DNA of 64,000 nucleotides from NCBI RefSeq assembly GCF_030028105.1, contig NC_092394.1, positions 42,386,477 through 42,450,476 on the forward strand. The letters are read 5' to 3'. Both the position numbers and the translations under genes were made by a program. The notes under the pieces were generated by a model. The model saw only the letters and a list, made by a program, of their open reading frames with translations, did no database searches and was not told the DNA's origin. This stretch comes from Mobula birostris (taxonomy: Eukaryota). This document shows positions 26,360 to 37,904 of the stretch, one piece after another (positions within the stretch are counted from its first letter, which is position 1; each line of letters opens with the position of its first letter).

Positions 26360-26870
26360 AATTTGTTTATTATTGTCACCTGTACTGAAATACAGTGGAA
26401 AAACTTTGTTTGCATTCTATCCAGATTATTCCATATATCAGCACATTGAGTACAACAGTATAAAAGGAAAAACAATCACAGAATCCTGAATAATACAGTA
26501 TTACATTTAGAGAGAAAGTGCAGAACAGATGGTGATATAAGGTGGAAAGGCCACAACACAATAGACTGAGAGATCAGTAGTTCTTTAGCGTAGAAGAGAT
26601 GCTTTCAAGAGTCTTGTAACAGCAGGATAGAAGCTGACCTTAAGCCTGGTGGTACGTGTCGTCAAGCTTTTGTATCTTCTGCTGCATGGAAGAGATAAGA
26701 GTGAAACACCAGGGTGGAGGGAGCTTTGGTTATCCTGCGGCAGAGGAAAATACAGACAGAGTCAATAAAGTTGAAACTTTTTTTTTATGGTAGACTAGGT
26801 TATGTCTACAACTTCCTGCAAATTATTGCAGTCTTGGGCATAGCAGTTGCATACTAACTTGTACAGGATC
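26360..26870 (-). mobile_element. Rex1/Babar-type LINE 3' end, old
   Basis: ggatagaagctgaccttaagcctggtggtacg is shared with 7960-7995. A typical 3' UTR runs to tttattattgtcac. Confidence 0.6.
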
Positions 26871-27213
26871 CTTCAGAAAGAACCCTTGCTAGCTGCCTAG
26901 TTCTTATCCTTCGTACTCAAATCTAAACACCCAGTTTCAACTTATTGCCAAATGTTCCCTGTCAGTATCCTAATATTTCCAGCCTATTAATAGCCAATCA
27001 TAAACAGATACCTATTCCAACTTGAATAAGTAATATAGTTGTCCCCTCTCCTAGTCTCTGAGTTTATTCTTGCGATTTGGATATGTTCTATTTAATCAAC
27101 TATTTCACATGAATGGCACTAACTTAATTGGTTCAACTTCCTCGTCAGTCTGAACGTATTGGCATCAGGCTCATCCTCTTTGTTTTATCTGTCTCATTTA
27201 TTCTGGCCTTGCC

Positions 27214-27345
27214 TAGTCCTGCGAAGAGTCTCAGCCCAAAATGCCGACTGTACTCTTTTCCATAGTTGCTGCCTGGCCTGCTGAGTTCCTCCAGCATTTT
27301 GTGTGTGTTGCTTGGATTTCCAGCATCCTGAGATTTTCTCTTGTT
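27214..27345 (+). mobile_element. Penelope-like terminal repeat with degenerate hammerhead
   Basis: agtcctgcgaagagtctcagcccaaaatgccgactg..gctgcctggcctgctgagttcctccagcattttgtgtgtgttgcttggatttccagcatc is homologous to 19118-19253. Confidence 0.8.
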
Positions 27346-27359
27346 TTTGTCTCGAACCT

Positions 27360-27746
27360 TATCCTGTTGGGGAGGTGGCTTATCCTGCTTGTCGAAAACT
27401 GCTTCCATTGTGATTGGTTAGTTTAGAAACTACAGTTCCTCTTCCCATTGGTTGACTACTTAAGTGTCCAGTTTCAAATATCCTGGGTATAAAGAATAGC
27501 GCATGTGAACTTCTTTCTCTCTCCCTCTGACTAAGGCAAACTGTGCAAAACATTTGTGAAGGTATACTCTGCGTATGCTCATAACTATGTGCCCGGTTGT
27601 GGAATATTTAGTTCTGTAGTTGTGCGTCGTGGGGAAATTGAATGTTTGATCGACTTTTTTACTGTTTGTAAATAAATGATTAATATCCTTTTTTGCTGTC
27701 AGTTCTGTCTCACTCACTAAGCTTGCAAACCTGATTCAACAATATA
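27360..27746 (+). repeat. ERV 5' LTR
   Basis: Colinear with 30025-30400, roughly 80-85% identical by eye. TATA box gggtataaa at about 27487 and AATAAA at about 27671. Termini have decayed to TA..TA. Confidence 0.88.
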
Positions 27747-27749
27747 TTT

Positions 27750-27770
27750 TAGCACAGTGAGCAGGGTTTG
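27750..27770 (+). promoter_or_regulatory. Primer-binding site, tRNA-Ser type
   Basis: TAGCACAGTGAGCAGGGTTTG lies 3 nt after the 5' LTR. It matches 17/21 of the complement of the vertebrate tRNA-Ser(TGA) 3' end as I recall it (TGGCGCAGCGAGCAGGGTTCG). Three of the four mismatches are CpG-type transitions. Confidence 0.7.
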
Positions 27771-27829
27771 TTGTTTGAGCAGAAAATACATTTCTTTGAA
27801 AGTTTCTCGGGCTCATATAGGACACCACA

Positions 27830-28400
27830 TTGTGTCCGTGGTTAAAATGCTGGGTTTTCCCAGGAGAAAGGTTAGCTGACAGATACCAGCACAAATTGAT
27901 TATGGGTCTTAAGACTGAGGTGGAGGACCTAAATCAGCACAGTGTCATTCTGAGAGAATCACTGTTGATGGCCCAGACTCTGGATGCAAAATTAGAAGAT
28001 AAGAATATAGAGATAGCTTTTCAGTTAATGAAAGTACAGCAATTAGAGGCTGCCCGGTGAGTCAATTGGCAGCCTGATCCTGTTAAGGTTCAAGCTTCAA
28101 TGTGGTAGGGCAATGATCCTACTGTGTGGATGGGGATGGCTGGCTGGATGATGAAGCTGAGGGACAAAGGGTAGCATGGATTCCTGGGCTTAACCCAAGC
28201 AGAATGGAGCACAGTAGAGGGAGGGACTAAAGTTCTACACCAGTGGGCTCTTATCTCAGAATTATACAGCAATAGTGATAACCTACCAGAGGATGTTGAA
28301 TTACTTTTGGAATGATGGAACATGTGGTTATGTCAACAGCTTCCCAAACAAAGGGGGTAGTGCTATATTTAATAGCCCCAGCTGTTCTGTAAGTACAGTG
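27830..28400 (+). pseudogene. gag: Retroviral gag N-terminal remnant, ERV-L/class III-like
   Basis: The coiled-coil-like ORF 27830-28060 continues in frame past a stop as QPDPVKVQASMW*GNDPTV, then after a frameshift WDGDGWLDDE. Compare the ERV-L gag motif VKVRALIGKEWDPxTWDGDVWED. Confidence 0.6.
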
Positions 28401-28779
28401 AATAGAGTGTGAATGATTAGAATGCGGAGAAATATGTGAGGTGTGGCCACACATATCAGTTTGTTCTTTTGTGTGAGTACTTTGCCTTTAAGAGACTCCA
28501 GGTCCTTCTCAGTTGTTCTCTGATATGTGTGCTATTTCCCTGTGAGAAATTAACTGTCTGGTTTTAAATTTTGCAGTTCCATGTGAAGCTTTTAAAGAAG
28601 AGGAGTACAGCCCAGACTTTGTTTCTTGTGTATTTTTTTAGTCTGTTAATTAGTTTTTGTGTATTTTTAAAATCTGTTACGTGTTTATTGTGTCTTAATC
28701 TGTTTCTTGTGTTTTATTTGTTTCCAATGCAATTTGTTTAGGGATAACTCACATATCACGCTGGCCATGTGAGATTTGA

Positions 28780-29960
28780 GTTGATGGGGCAGAAATTTGG
28801 ACATAAGCATTGGCGAGCAATTCTAGAAGTTTTTGTTTTTGTGTTTTCAAAATACCCAGTGGTTAATCAGGAGTGAGTGCATTTGTATCTCCCTGCATTA
28901 CAGAGTGACAAAGTGCTGGATGTTGACTTGTGGGAGATCCTGTCATACATTTCTGGGGATGGTGTTCGAATTTGCACACCGGACCAATAAGTTAGATGGT
29001 TGAATTCATATGAGGGCTCCTTACTACATTGTGGAAGGGATACCACTAATATCGATCTCTTTTGATGACAGAGAACAAGACTGTTGGGGGAAATTATCTG
29101 GCTGCTTAGATTTTTGCACTCTGGTATTCGGGAAGCCAGAAGGGAGTAATCTATTCCAGCCAACCTCAGCCTAGAGTATGGTAACAGCTTTAAGGGACTT
29201 GGGCTTTAATACCCTTGGTGGAGCAAATATTTCAAGGGCTGGTACTTCCCTATGTACCGTTTGTTTAATTGGTAGGTCCTGACCTTTAAAGTGACCTCTC
29301 CACCTGAAAGAGTGTTGGTGTCAAGGTAGTATGATGAGCACAGGTACAAGGTGGATGGCGAGTGTGAGCAGGAAAGCCAGAACGGTATCCTGGATTAGTT
29401 GTGTCTATGCCAAGTGCTGTTGTGAAGGTGGGCATTTGCTGGACACTGAATGTCTCTTAATGGGTATGCAGTTCCTAGGCCTACCTGTGCTTCCCATAGG
29501 GTGGTGTAGTTGATATGTGGTGCCATACGTATACTACCCCTGTGCCCTGGATGAACACCTTGTCCATGCTGGTCGGCATAGTAGGGGCTATTACAAAGGA
29601 AGGAAGGTTTTAAATGATAGTCTTTCTCAACATGGTACAGCCAGACTGTCCCAGGAATTGATTTCAATGCCCTGAGATTACCTGCTCACAATGAAAGGTG
29701 GCACCTGTATTGTTAATGGTCAAGAATGCTGCTCATGTATTCCTGACTATTCGAGGAACATCGCTCACCATACCTGACAGTCAGTGTATCAGATTAGGTG
29801 GAGGACTAGTTCATTGGCTATTACACTCATAGGTGGGGCTGATTGCCTTTTGGGGTGCAGGGATGCTGGTGGGCTACAATAGTATACTGGGGGGGTGATT
29901 ATTAGGTTTATAGTACTGGGTATGGTAATTTTGTGTTTTATATATAATTTCGCAGTGAGT
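28780..29960 (+). pseudogene. env: Retroviral env remnant with gamma-type TM subunit
   Basis: 29676 onward reads DYLLTMKGGTCIVNGQECCSCIPDYSRNI (end of the ISD plus CX6CC). A WVCSS*AYLCFP SU C-terminal-like motif lies at about 29461, and a hydrophobic anchor GVIIRFIVLGMVILCFIY at about 29893-29950. Confidence 0.8.
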
Positions 29961-30024
29961 TCACAAGGATCATACTAGTCTGAGTTTCAGATCATCACAG
30001 TGTTGCAACTTTGGAGGGGTGAAG

Positions 30025-30400
30025 TGTCTTATGGGGGGTTGTGGCTTATTCTGCTTGTTGAAAGCTGCTCCTGTCATGATTGATTAGTTTAGAAACTGCA
30101 GCTGCTCTTCCCATTGGATGGCTACCTAAATATCCAGTTTCAAATATCCTGGGTATTATGCATAGCACACGTGGGAGCTTCTTTCTCTCTCCCTCTGTCT
30201 AAGGCATACTGTACAAAACCTTTAGGAAGGTATGCTCCACGAGTGCTCTTATTGAAGTGTCCGTTTGTTGGATATTTAGTTCTGTAGTTTGTGCAACTTG
30301 GGGAAAACTAAATGTTTGTAAATAAATGGTTAATATACTGATTTACAGTCCATATTTTCTGTCTCACTCACCAAACTTGCAAACCTGATTCAACGTTACA
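30025..30400 (+). repeat. ERV 3' LTR
   Basis: TG...CA termini, preceded by the PPT and followed by TSD AACCT. AATAAA at about 30321. Confidence 0.88.
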
Positions 30401-31049
30401 AACCTAGAGGCACAAACTAATATTTTTTGAGTTCTGCTAAAACAAAAATCTATGGTTAAAAAGTGTTATCCCATCATCTTTCTGTTCTTACATTGTTTCT
30501 TCCCTGTGTAGAACATATTGGACTGTTCTTGTTCAAAGAAGATCTCAGTGTTTTTGACCATACTTCTGCCAGCAAATCTGTAATTTAGCCAATATACCAG
30601 TGATCTGTATGTAATACTCTATTTCGTGTTGAATGAAAGTGGACAAAAACCAGTGTTTCATGGGGATGCATTTGTGTCATGTGGCATGAACAGTAGAGAG
30701 CACAAATTGATGTCTTGTGAGGGGGGTAATAAATTGATGTTGATTAGGGAATAAAAAGTATTATCACCTGATGGGTGTTCATGATTGGGCATAAACTAAT
30801 GACACAAAGTGAAGTTTGGTAAAATTCCTTTGGAAAAGTTATTTGATTATTTTACTCAGACTGTCCAGTATAAGATTCTAGATTTATGGTAATGTGCTTT
30901 ACTCTCAAATACTTTCCAAAATGGACTAATAAAACACTCAATTGTGTCAAACCAACATGTCCAAACAGCCTTGTGTGCTCATATTCAATTCCTCAAGTTG
31001 TCCTATTAGGATTGCTCACTACATATTGTCCCACATGCAAGAGATCTAT

Positions 31050-31670
31050 TGTGTATAGGTATCTATTTTACCAGTACCCAAGAAGAAGGTGGTGACACAC
31101 CTCAATGACTACCATCTGGTAGCACATATGTCAACCTTAATGAAGTGATTCAAGAGATTAGTTAGGATGCAAATCAACTCCGCCTCAGAGATGACCTGGA
31201 CCTGCTTCAGTTCACCACCACAAGACATCAGAGTAAGTGATTTATTCTGGCTCTTCATGCTGCTCTGGACCATCTGGATGACAGCTCAGCATTCAACACT
31301 ATTGTCCCATCCTAACTCATTATCAAGCTTAAAAATTTTGACCTTTCTACTTACTTTTGCAATAGGCTTCTTGACTTCCTCATCGACAGATTTTAGTCAG
31401 TAAGGAATGGAAACATTTTCTGCTCATTGACCATCATCACAGGTACACCTCAAGGCTGATGCTTAGACCCCTGCTCTATACATGCATGACTGTGTGGCTA
31501 AGCGCAGCTCCAATGCCATATCGAAAATTATAGCACAACTGTTGTTTGATGAACCACAGGTGCTGATGAGTCAGGGTAGAGGAGCAGGATAGATCACCAG
31601 GTTGAGTACTGGAACAACAGCAACTTTTCATTCAAAATTAGAAAAAACTGAATAGCTGACTATTGGCTAA
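31050..31670 (+). mobile_element. Rex1/Babar-type LINE RT fragment, old, with internal deletions
   Basis: aatgactaccatctggtagca (NDY..VA), acagctcagcattcaacac (SSAFNT) and acaggtacacctcaaggctg (TG.PQG). Confidence 0.75.
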
Positions 31671-32443
31671 CAACTTTAAGACCACGGTGCCGAAGACATG
31701 TGCTCCAATACAATCTGTACCTCTGGCCAAGCTGTTCCCATAAAACTCCAACATAGATAGCTATAGAACAATATGTAAAGCTACTTAGGTATATCATGTC
31801 CATAAAAAGCAGGACAGACCTATTGTAACCAAATACCATCCTTTCAACCTATTCTCAATCATCAGCAGAGTAGTGAAAGGCATTACCATCAGTACTATCA
31901 AGAGGTATCTACTCACTGAGTTTCTAGATAGAGTTTTTCACAGTAAAATGATGGTTTAATAGGGGTCATTATACTGCGCATTACTTTAGTTACAGTGATT
32001 AGTTGTGTAAGAAAGATGAATGAACTGGGTCAAGTAAGCACACCTTAATCTTTAAGTTATTCCATTTTTCAAAAACATTTATAAAAATATGGTTTTCAAC
32101 TTATACATTTGTTATTTGTATAATTATAATGAATGTTATTAAACTAATCCCTGATTTCCTCCCAGCTTCTTGAAAGCATTTGTTAATTTGGAATTACCAG
32201 TCTAAATTTGTAGAAATATTTACTCAATTATGAGTATTCCCTTTATCAGCTATGGAAATTAGAAAATATTGTGAGGCGATTAATTGATTGTTTCAAACAA
32301 ACAGTATTATGACAATGGTTATCAGTTTTGAGCGTTTACTGTTTGGATTGGATTCTGGATTCTTCTGTGCTTAATTCTGACATCCTTTAAAATGTCTCCT
32401 GGTGCTGACTCCAATTGATTCAAATGCTTCTGTTTTCATATAG

Positions 32444-32650
<207 letters not shown>

Positions 32651-34539
32651 TGAGTGGCTTGAAATTGATTATAATTTACGATTAACCACTGAAATAATAT
32701 TGTTTATTTATTTAGTGGAGAAAAGGGGAAAATCTATTGATAGCAAACCTTCTTTGACAGAAACATGTTCAAGGAATTTATTAAAAGTTATTTGAGATTT
32801 ATAATCCAGAGAAATTCTATTGCATTAATATTAGTGGAGTCAGTTTTGCATTAAATTCATAGAATGGGTCCACTAAGTTAGACTTCCAATACTGAGCGAT
32901 GTTTTGTTGCTGCAGCAATTTATGATCCCGTATGCTAGCCACTCAGTTGTTACTTTAATGAGGCACCAGTTCAAAACTAGTGAGTAAATCCCCCTTTAAA
33001 AAAATACGAAGGGACAGCACACAATGACTTTAAACATTTGTATTCATGTCACAAATCTTAATTTAAGATACTAAATTCTTCAATTTGGTTTACAATTTAA
33101 CCCTTAAAAATAGCATTGTTATTACTCTATAAAAACATGAACCTATTACAAGTAATTAATTTAACATTAAGTTAAAAAGATGAATCTGATAATGAAGTTA
33201 AGCAGAGCCATGTATTATCTCAGCACCTCTGTACCGAAATATCGATTAAAACTAATTCTCAAGCTCAGAAGTTTAGATCATGTGCATTGGTAGGAGAACG
33301 TTTTTTTAAATTTTGTCACTCATTGATAATGTTAGGATCACAACACAAGATTCCTCCATTCTTCATGTGATCTCATAACAGGATTAACACATTAGTTCCC
33401 CTTAATCTGGATGAAAACATACATAAATATAATCCAAACAATAAAACTACATTACTAGCATGTTCCTTTTTACAATATCAATCTACCTGATGATTTTCTC
33501 ACTGATAGCAAGTCATGCAGTTCATTTGGAACGTACTTTGTAGGCGATGGCCTTCAATTCAAGGTGTACTTGTCTACACTTGGGTTTCAGTAGAAGGCAG
33601 AGAACAGTTGGTTCTGAAAATTCTTCAAAAATCTAATCACAAGCTCTGCCTTTACTTTTCCCTCACTTGTTTGAGACATGCAGTACCACTGAGTTTTGGC
33701 TTCATGATATTCAAATTCTGCCACATCTGTCCGTTATTAACTTAAAAGGTATGTTTGCAACAGTTTTATGTAGTGTATTCTAATATCAAAATAAGAATCA
33801 TGTAACATTTATCCCAATTTCACCTCTAATCTTCTTCAGTCTAGTCTTTATAGTCTGAACAAACTTTTCTCCCAAACCTACTTGAAGTAGAACAGTAGAG
33901 AACAGTTTGAAATTTGACAGATTCAGCATGAGTGACATTGCTTTCATTGTCCATTAGAATACTATTAATAGCAAACATCATCTTCAAATTGAAAATGATT
34001 ACTAAGATCGTGAAAAAGCCACAGGAATTGGTTCTATCCACTTTTCACATCCAACACATCTCAGAGAATTCACTTTCTCCTTGTACTGATCACTCAGAAA
34101 AAAGTTATGTGCAGACAGTTTTAATGGCCATCACTGCACTCTAGCTGAAACCAACTGAGATAGCTCCTTTGATTTGCCAGCAGTACCATGCACTGGCACT
34201 GTAGTCTGTGATATTTCTTCTGTGGGGTGCTTCAAGTCGAAATCCAAATTAACCTGCATAGGAAACGATGTAACAAAATAGCTTGCGTACAGGAAGTGAT
34301 GTTCATACAAAACAAACTGCATACAAAATAAACTGTGCCTCTAGAGGCAAGAACACTCCCCACCTGGCAGCCATGGGATATCAAACTTAACTACTGAAAC
34401 TAAAAGTCAAATGATCATTTCATTAAGTCTTTGGCAAAAGAAGGACAATCTTAGTGACTGATCCTGAAAACAGTCTTACTACAATGTACTGGGTGGGCAC
34501 AGGAGTACATTCAGCCAGAGACTCATTCCTCCGAGATGC

Positions 34540-34850
34540 AGCACAGAGCATCATAGGAATTCATTCCTGCTTGTGGCCATCAAACTTTACAACTCCTCCC
34601 TTGGAGGGTCAGACACCCTGAGCCGATAGGCTGGTCCTGGACTTATTTCATAATTTACTGGCATAATTTACATATTACTATTTAACTATTTATTACCTTT
34701 TTCTATTACTATTTAATATTTCTATGACTATTACTATTTACTAATAGTAATATTACTATTTCTATTTCTATTAATATTTATTATTTATGGTGCAACTGTA
34801 ACGAAAACCAATTTCCCCCGGGATCAATAAAGTATGACTATGACTACTAA
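34540..34850 (+). mobile_element. Rex1/Babar-type LINE extreme 3' end with (TATGAC)n tail
   Basis: aggaattcattcctgcttgtggccatcaaactttacaac (RNSFL.VAIKLYN), an AT-rich UTR, and gggatcaataaagtatgactatgact. Confidence 0.75.
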
Positions 34851-34851
34851 T

Positions 34852-36390
34852 CATTCGAAAATGTCAGCCTTAATGGTAAGATCTGATGAGCAGGGCAGTG
34901 ACGTGCTGCTCACCCAGAATGAAGATTGTGTGAGATACCACTGAAGTGAGTTGTGCCCTCTTGAGAATCCTCCAACTTGCAGTAGCCCCTCAGAATCAAG
35001 AACGGGACCGAATTCACTGAGGTGGCTTTGGATTGGGAGAAGTTTCTGCTTTGTGATACACTTCACTTCCTCTGCATACACCTGTCATTGAACAACAAGA
35101 AGGATTCTAAGCTTTGCCTGAGTCAGTTGCTCTTGACTGAGAGGTTGCTTTTAAATGTGCCAACCACTGCAAAGGCTGTCGTTGGCTACTCCTACAAACT
35201 TCTTTTTTATATAGATACAACTCTCACAGAGTCTGAGATGACTTGGGTGCCGATTCTCCATGACATTAGTTTTAAATATGCTGACAGTGAGTTGATTAGC
35301 ACTATCAAGGCAGATTTCAACCACTGTGACCCAACCCAGGTCCAATCATTGGGCATAAGGTGCATCATGTCAACCATTGGGAGAATGAAGAGTCAAGTGG
35401 AGGAATCTTGTTAGCTGTGTTCTTAAGGTGTGAATGACTGTGTGCAGCTTCACAAGTTGGGATTTCATCCCTGTTGTTGGGAATATGGTCACACTCATGA
35501 GGGTTAACATGGGTAAACAGAGCTCCTGTCCTATTAGCTCCATGACAAATCCACTGAGTCTTCTTTTGGCAACTATTGATGTTCCAGAACATAATTTTAG
35601 AGTATATGAGGAAGTACTACATCTGATAGATACTCAAATCCCTGCCATGCTCTCTGCTGTGGGTGTGCTAGAACCAGTAGTAACTCAAGGTGCTAGCCGT
35701 AAATTCACAAGTGTATCTTGGTTTAGTTCATCTGAAGTGTCAATGGGTTCTTGACGCAGTTTCCTGGAGTCCACTGGTGTGTCCATCTGTGTTCTGCAGA
35801 TTGTTACAGTTTCTCCAGTTCTCCTTGCTAGTGTCTTGCCCACATTCAGACTGACTGTGCTGATGGCTTCTCTGGCCAGTCTCAGCATCTCACTCAAAGT
35901 GTTGTCCAATGGTGTTTTATCACGACAGCCTGGTACAGCAAGTGAAGGCTGTGCAGTTGGTTCTGCAGTAGCTTCTGTTGAAAGGGGAACACTGATGCAC
36001 TTGGGGCACTGCTCAGCAATTGTGTGCTCTTATTAACTTGTGAACACCCATGTGTTTTCAAGTTGGGTGAACTTGGGCACTTCTCACTTTCTACATTAAA
36101 TGAGGGTTCACCTTTCTTAGGGTTTAAATCTGAAACAGACGATGCCAGATCAGAAAGAGTACTCAGTAAAAAATTTGGTGTGAATCATGACAAGAAACTA
36201 GTTCCTATCTTTACCTTCTGTTTTGATTTCACCCTCTGGAGCAACCATATCGTATTAGAGGGCTTGACCGGATCTTCAGTCACCTTTCCAGAGAGACGAC
36301 CACCACTGTCTAAGTCAGCTGCTGCTTTATACACCTTTGTCTCTGCTAAGGCAGCCTCAGTTTCACACTCTTCATTGAGTGCACTCTGAG
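34852..36390 (-). mobile_element. BEL/Pao LTR-retrotransposon internal relic
   Basis: Minus-strand peptides ECDHIPNNRDEIPTCEAAHSHSHLKNTANKIPPLD, APYAQ*LDLGWV and PVLDSEGLLQVGG are characteristic of the BEL/Pao protease-proximal and pre-integrase regions. No LTRs were found. Confidence 0.75.
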
Positions 36391-37219
36391 ACCACAGAAG
36401 GTCTTACAATATCTACTCTGTTCTCAATCTTGTAAAATATGTGATTCTCCCTCATTTTGTAGCATGTCTACTTAGAGTATTTCTACTTATCGAACAATTG
36501 CGATCTGCTTTTGCCTTGGCAATTTCTAGTGAGTGACACATTGAACAATTCAGTAAATGACCCAAAACATATTAATTCTGTTTCTCTTCCTACAGATGTT
36601 GCCTGACAAACTGAATATTTCCAGTATTTGCTTTTTTTTTAAATTACTGCATTAAACAGCCAGCAAAGTATAAACCCTCCCCCAGGTGACTTTGGTTTTT
36701 CGAATTATATACATACCATATCTGTCATTCCATAACGGGCAACTGAGGATATAAGCCTATTTGAATTTTTGTCTCACTTTGGTTGGAAAATTCTAAACCC
36801 TTTATTAGTGAAAAACATATGGGTGAATGGAATTCACATCCTATCTTTCATAATAACTTTGAAAAAGTAATTCATTGGGATATTCCAATAATTGGTATCA
36901 CTATTGAACTGCTAATCGTAGAACACTGGAAGGAGGAATGACTGTGAAGTTGATAAGCAGGTAAGATTTACTATATAGAAACAAGTCAACCAACTTAATT
37001 TCCCAGTTGAGAGCAACCAAACAACCAGTCTTTGAGCTGGAAAGTTTTCTTCATCAAACTGAAGCTTATGTTAAAACTGGTGCACTGAGCATGACAAACA
37101 TTACATCAGTGAAGTCAGATGTATACAGCAGAGAAATTGACACTTCAGCCCACTACATCCATTCTGACAGCTTTGCCCATCTACACAAATTCCCTTTGCC
37201 TGTATAAGGACTATATCCT

Positions 37220-37410
37220 TTTACATCTTAGAAAAGAGATTTTGTCTATCTCAGCTTCCTTCGCTCCAGGGTAAAGAACTTCAGCCTATCTAATCTTTCC
37301 CCAGAGCTAAGGTCCTCCAGTTCAGTCCAAGGACTGGTGAATTCTCCTCTGTACTCTCTCCCACTCAATCACATCCTTCCTGTATTGTAACCAAAACTGG
37401 ACACAAGAGT
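37220..37410 (-). mobile_element. Old CR1 fragment
   Basis: cagcctatctaatctttccccagagctaagg...atcacatccttcctgtattgtaaccaaaactggacaca is the reverse complement of a CR1 segment (VQFW..YRKDV). Confidence 0.55.
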
Positions 37411-37904
37411 GAAGTGAGATGTAATAGAGAAGGTTTGAAAGATTACTGGGCATCTTCCTGGACTTGGAGCAAACACTTTTCTGCTGCTTCCCCCCACAAA
37501 AGTGTTAAGCCCTTCTCATCTACTTTCAGCTGTCAAAGACCTGGAATGTGGTTAAAACCAGAATGACATAGGAACTGTTGTGTATGTTTAAAAAAAAGCA
37601 GAGTACAGGAAATAACATCACTTGATACAGACTTAAAACAATGATTATGTTGGGTCTGCTGGTGTAATTCATAATGGTCAAATTTTCTGAATAAGGGGAA
37701 ATAATTTGGAAATGGTCATTACGCATTTTGCTCAGGGAATAGTGTACTTTCAGTTAGTAGCAGTGATCTAAACCATGATAAGTGATGGGATATCTTGGGC
37801 AATAACCATTTAAATTAAGATAGACTTGCTTTGATTATAATGTTTAAATTACAAGTCTGCTTGTCATTGCTGTGTTGGCTATCTCCTCTAATTTTGTTTC
37901 CATT

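Larger units (their letters stand above)
27360..30400 (+). mobile_element. Endogenous retrovirus with two LTRs, gag and env remnants, and no recognisable pol
   Basis: Direct repeats 27360-27746 and 30025-30400. TSD AACCT at 27355-27359 and 30401-30405. PBS at 27750-27770. PPT ggaggggtgaag at 30013-30024. gag motif at 28070-28160 and env CX6CC at 29706-29732. Confidence 0.9.

Noticed and set aside
1-32443. Search for the preceding TMEM132 exon (expected ..NTAILTG..) and, after 41775, the following exon (expected V.SPL..)
   Set aside because: No AG-bounded segment with these peptides was found by eye. They are presumed to lie outside the window, though a missed exon cannot be excluded without spliced alignment.
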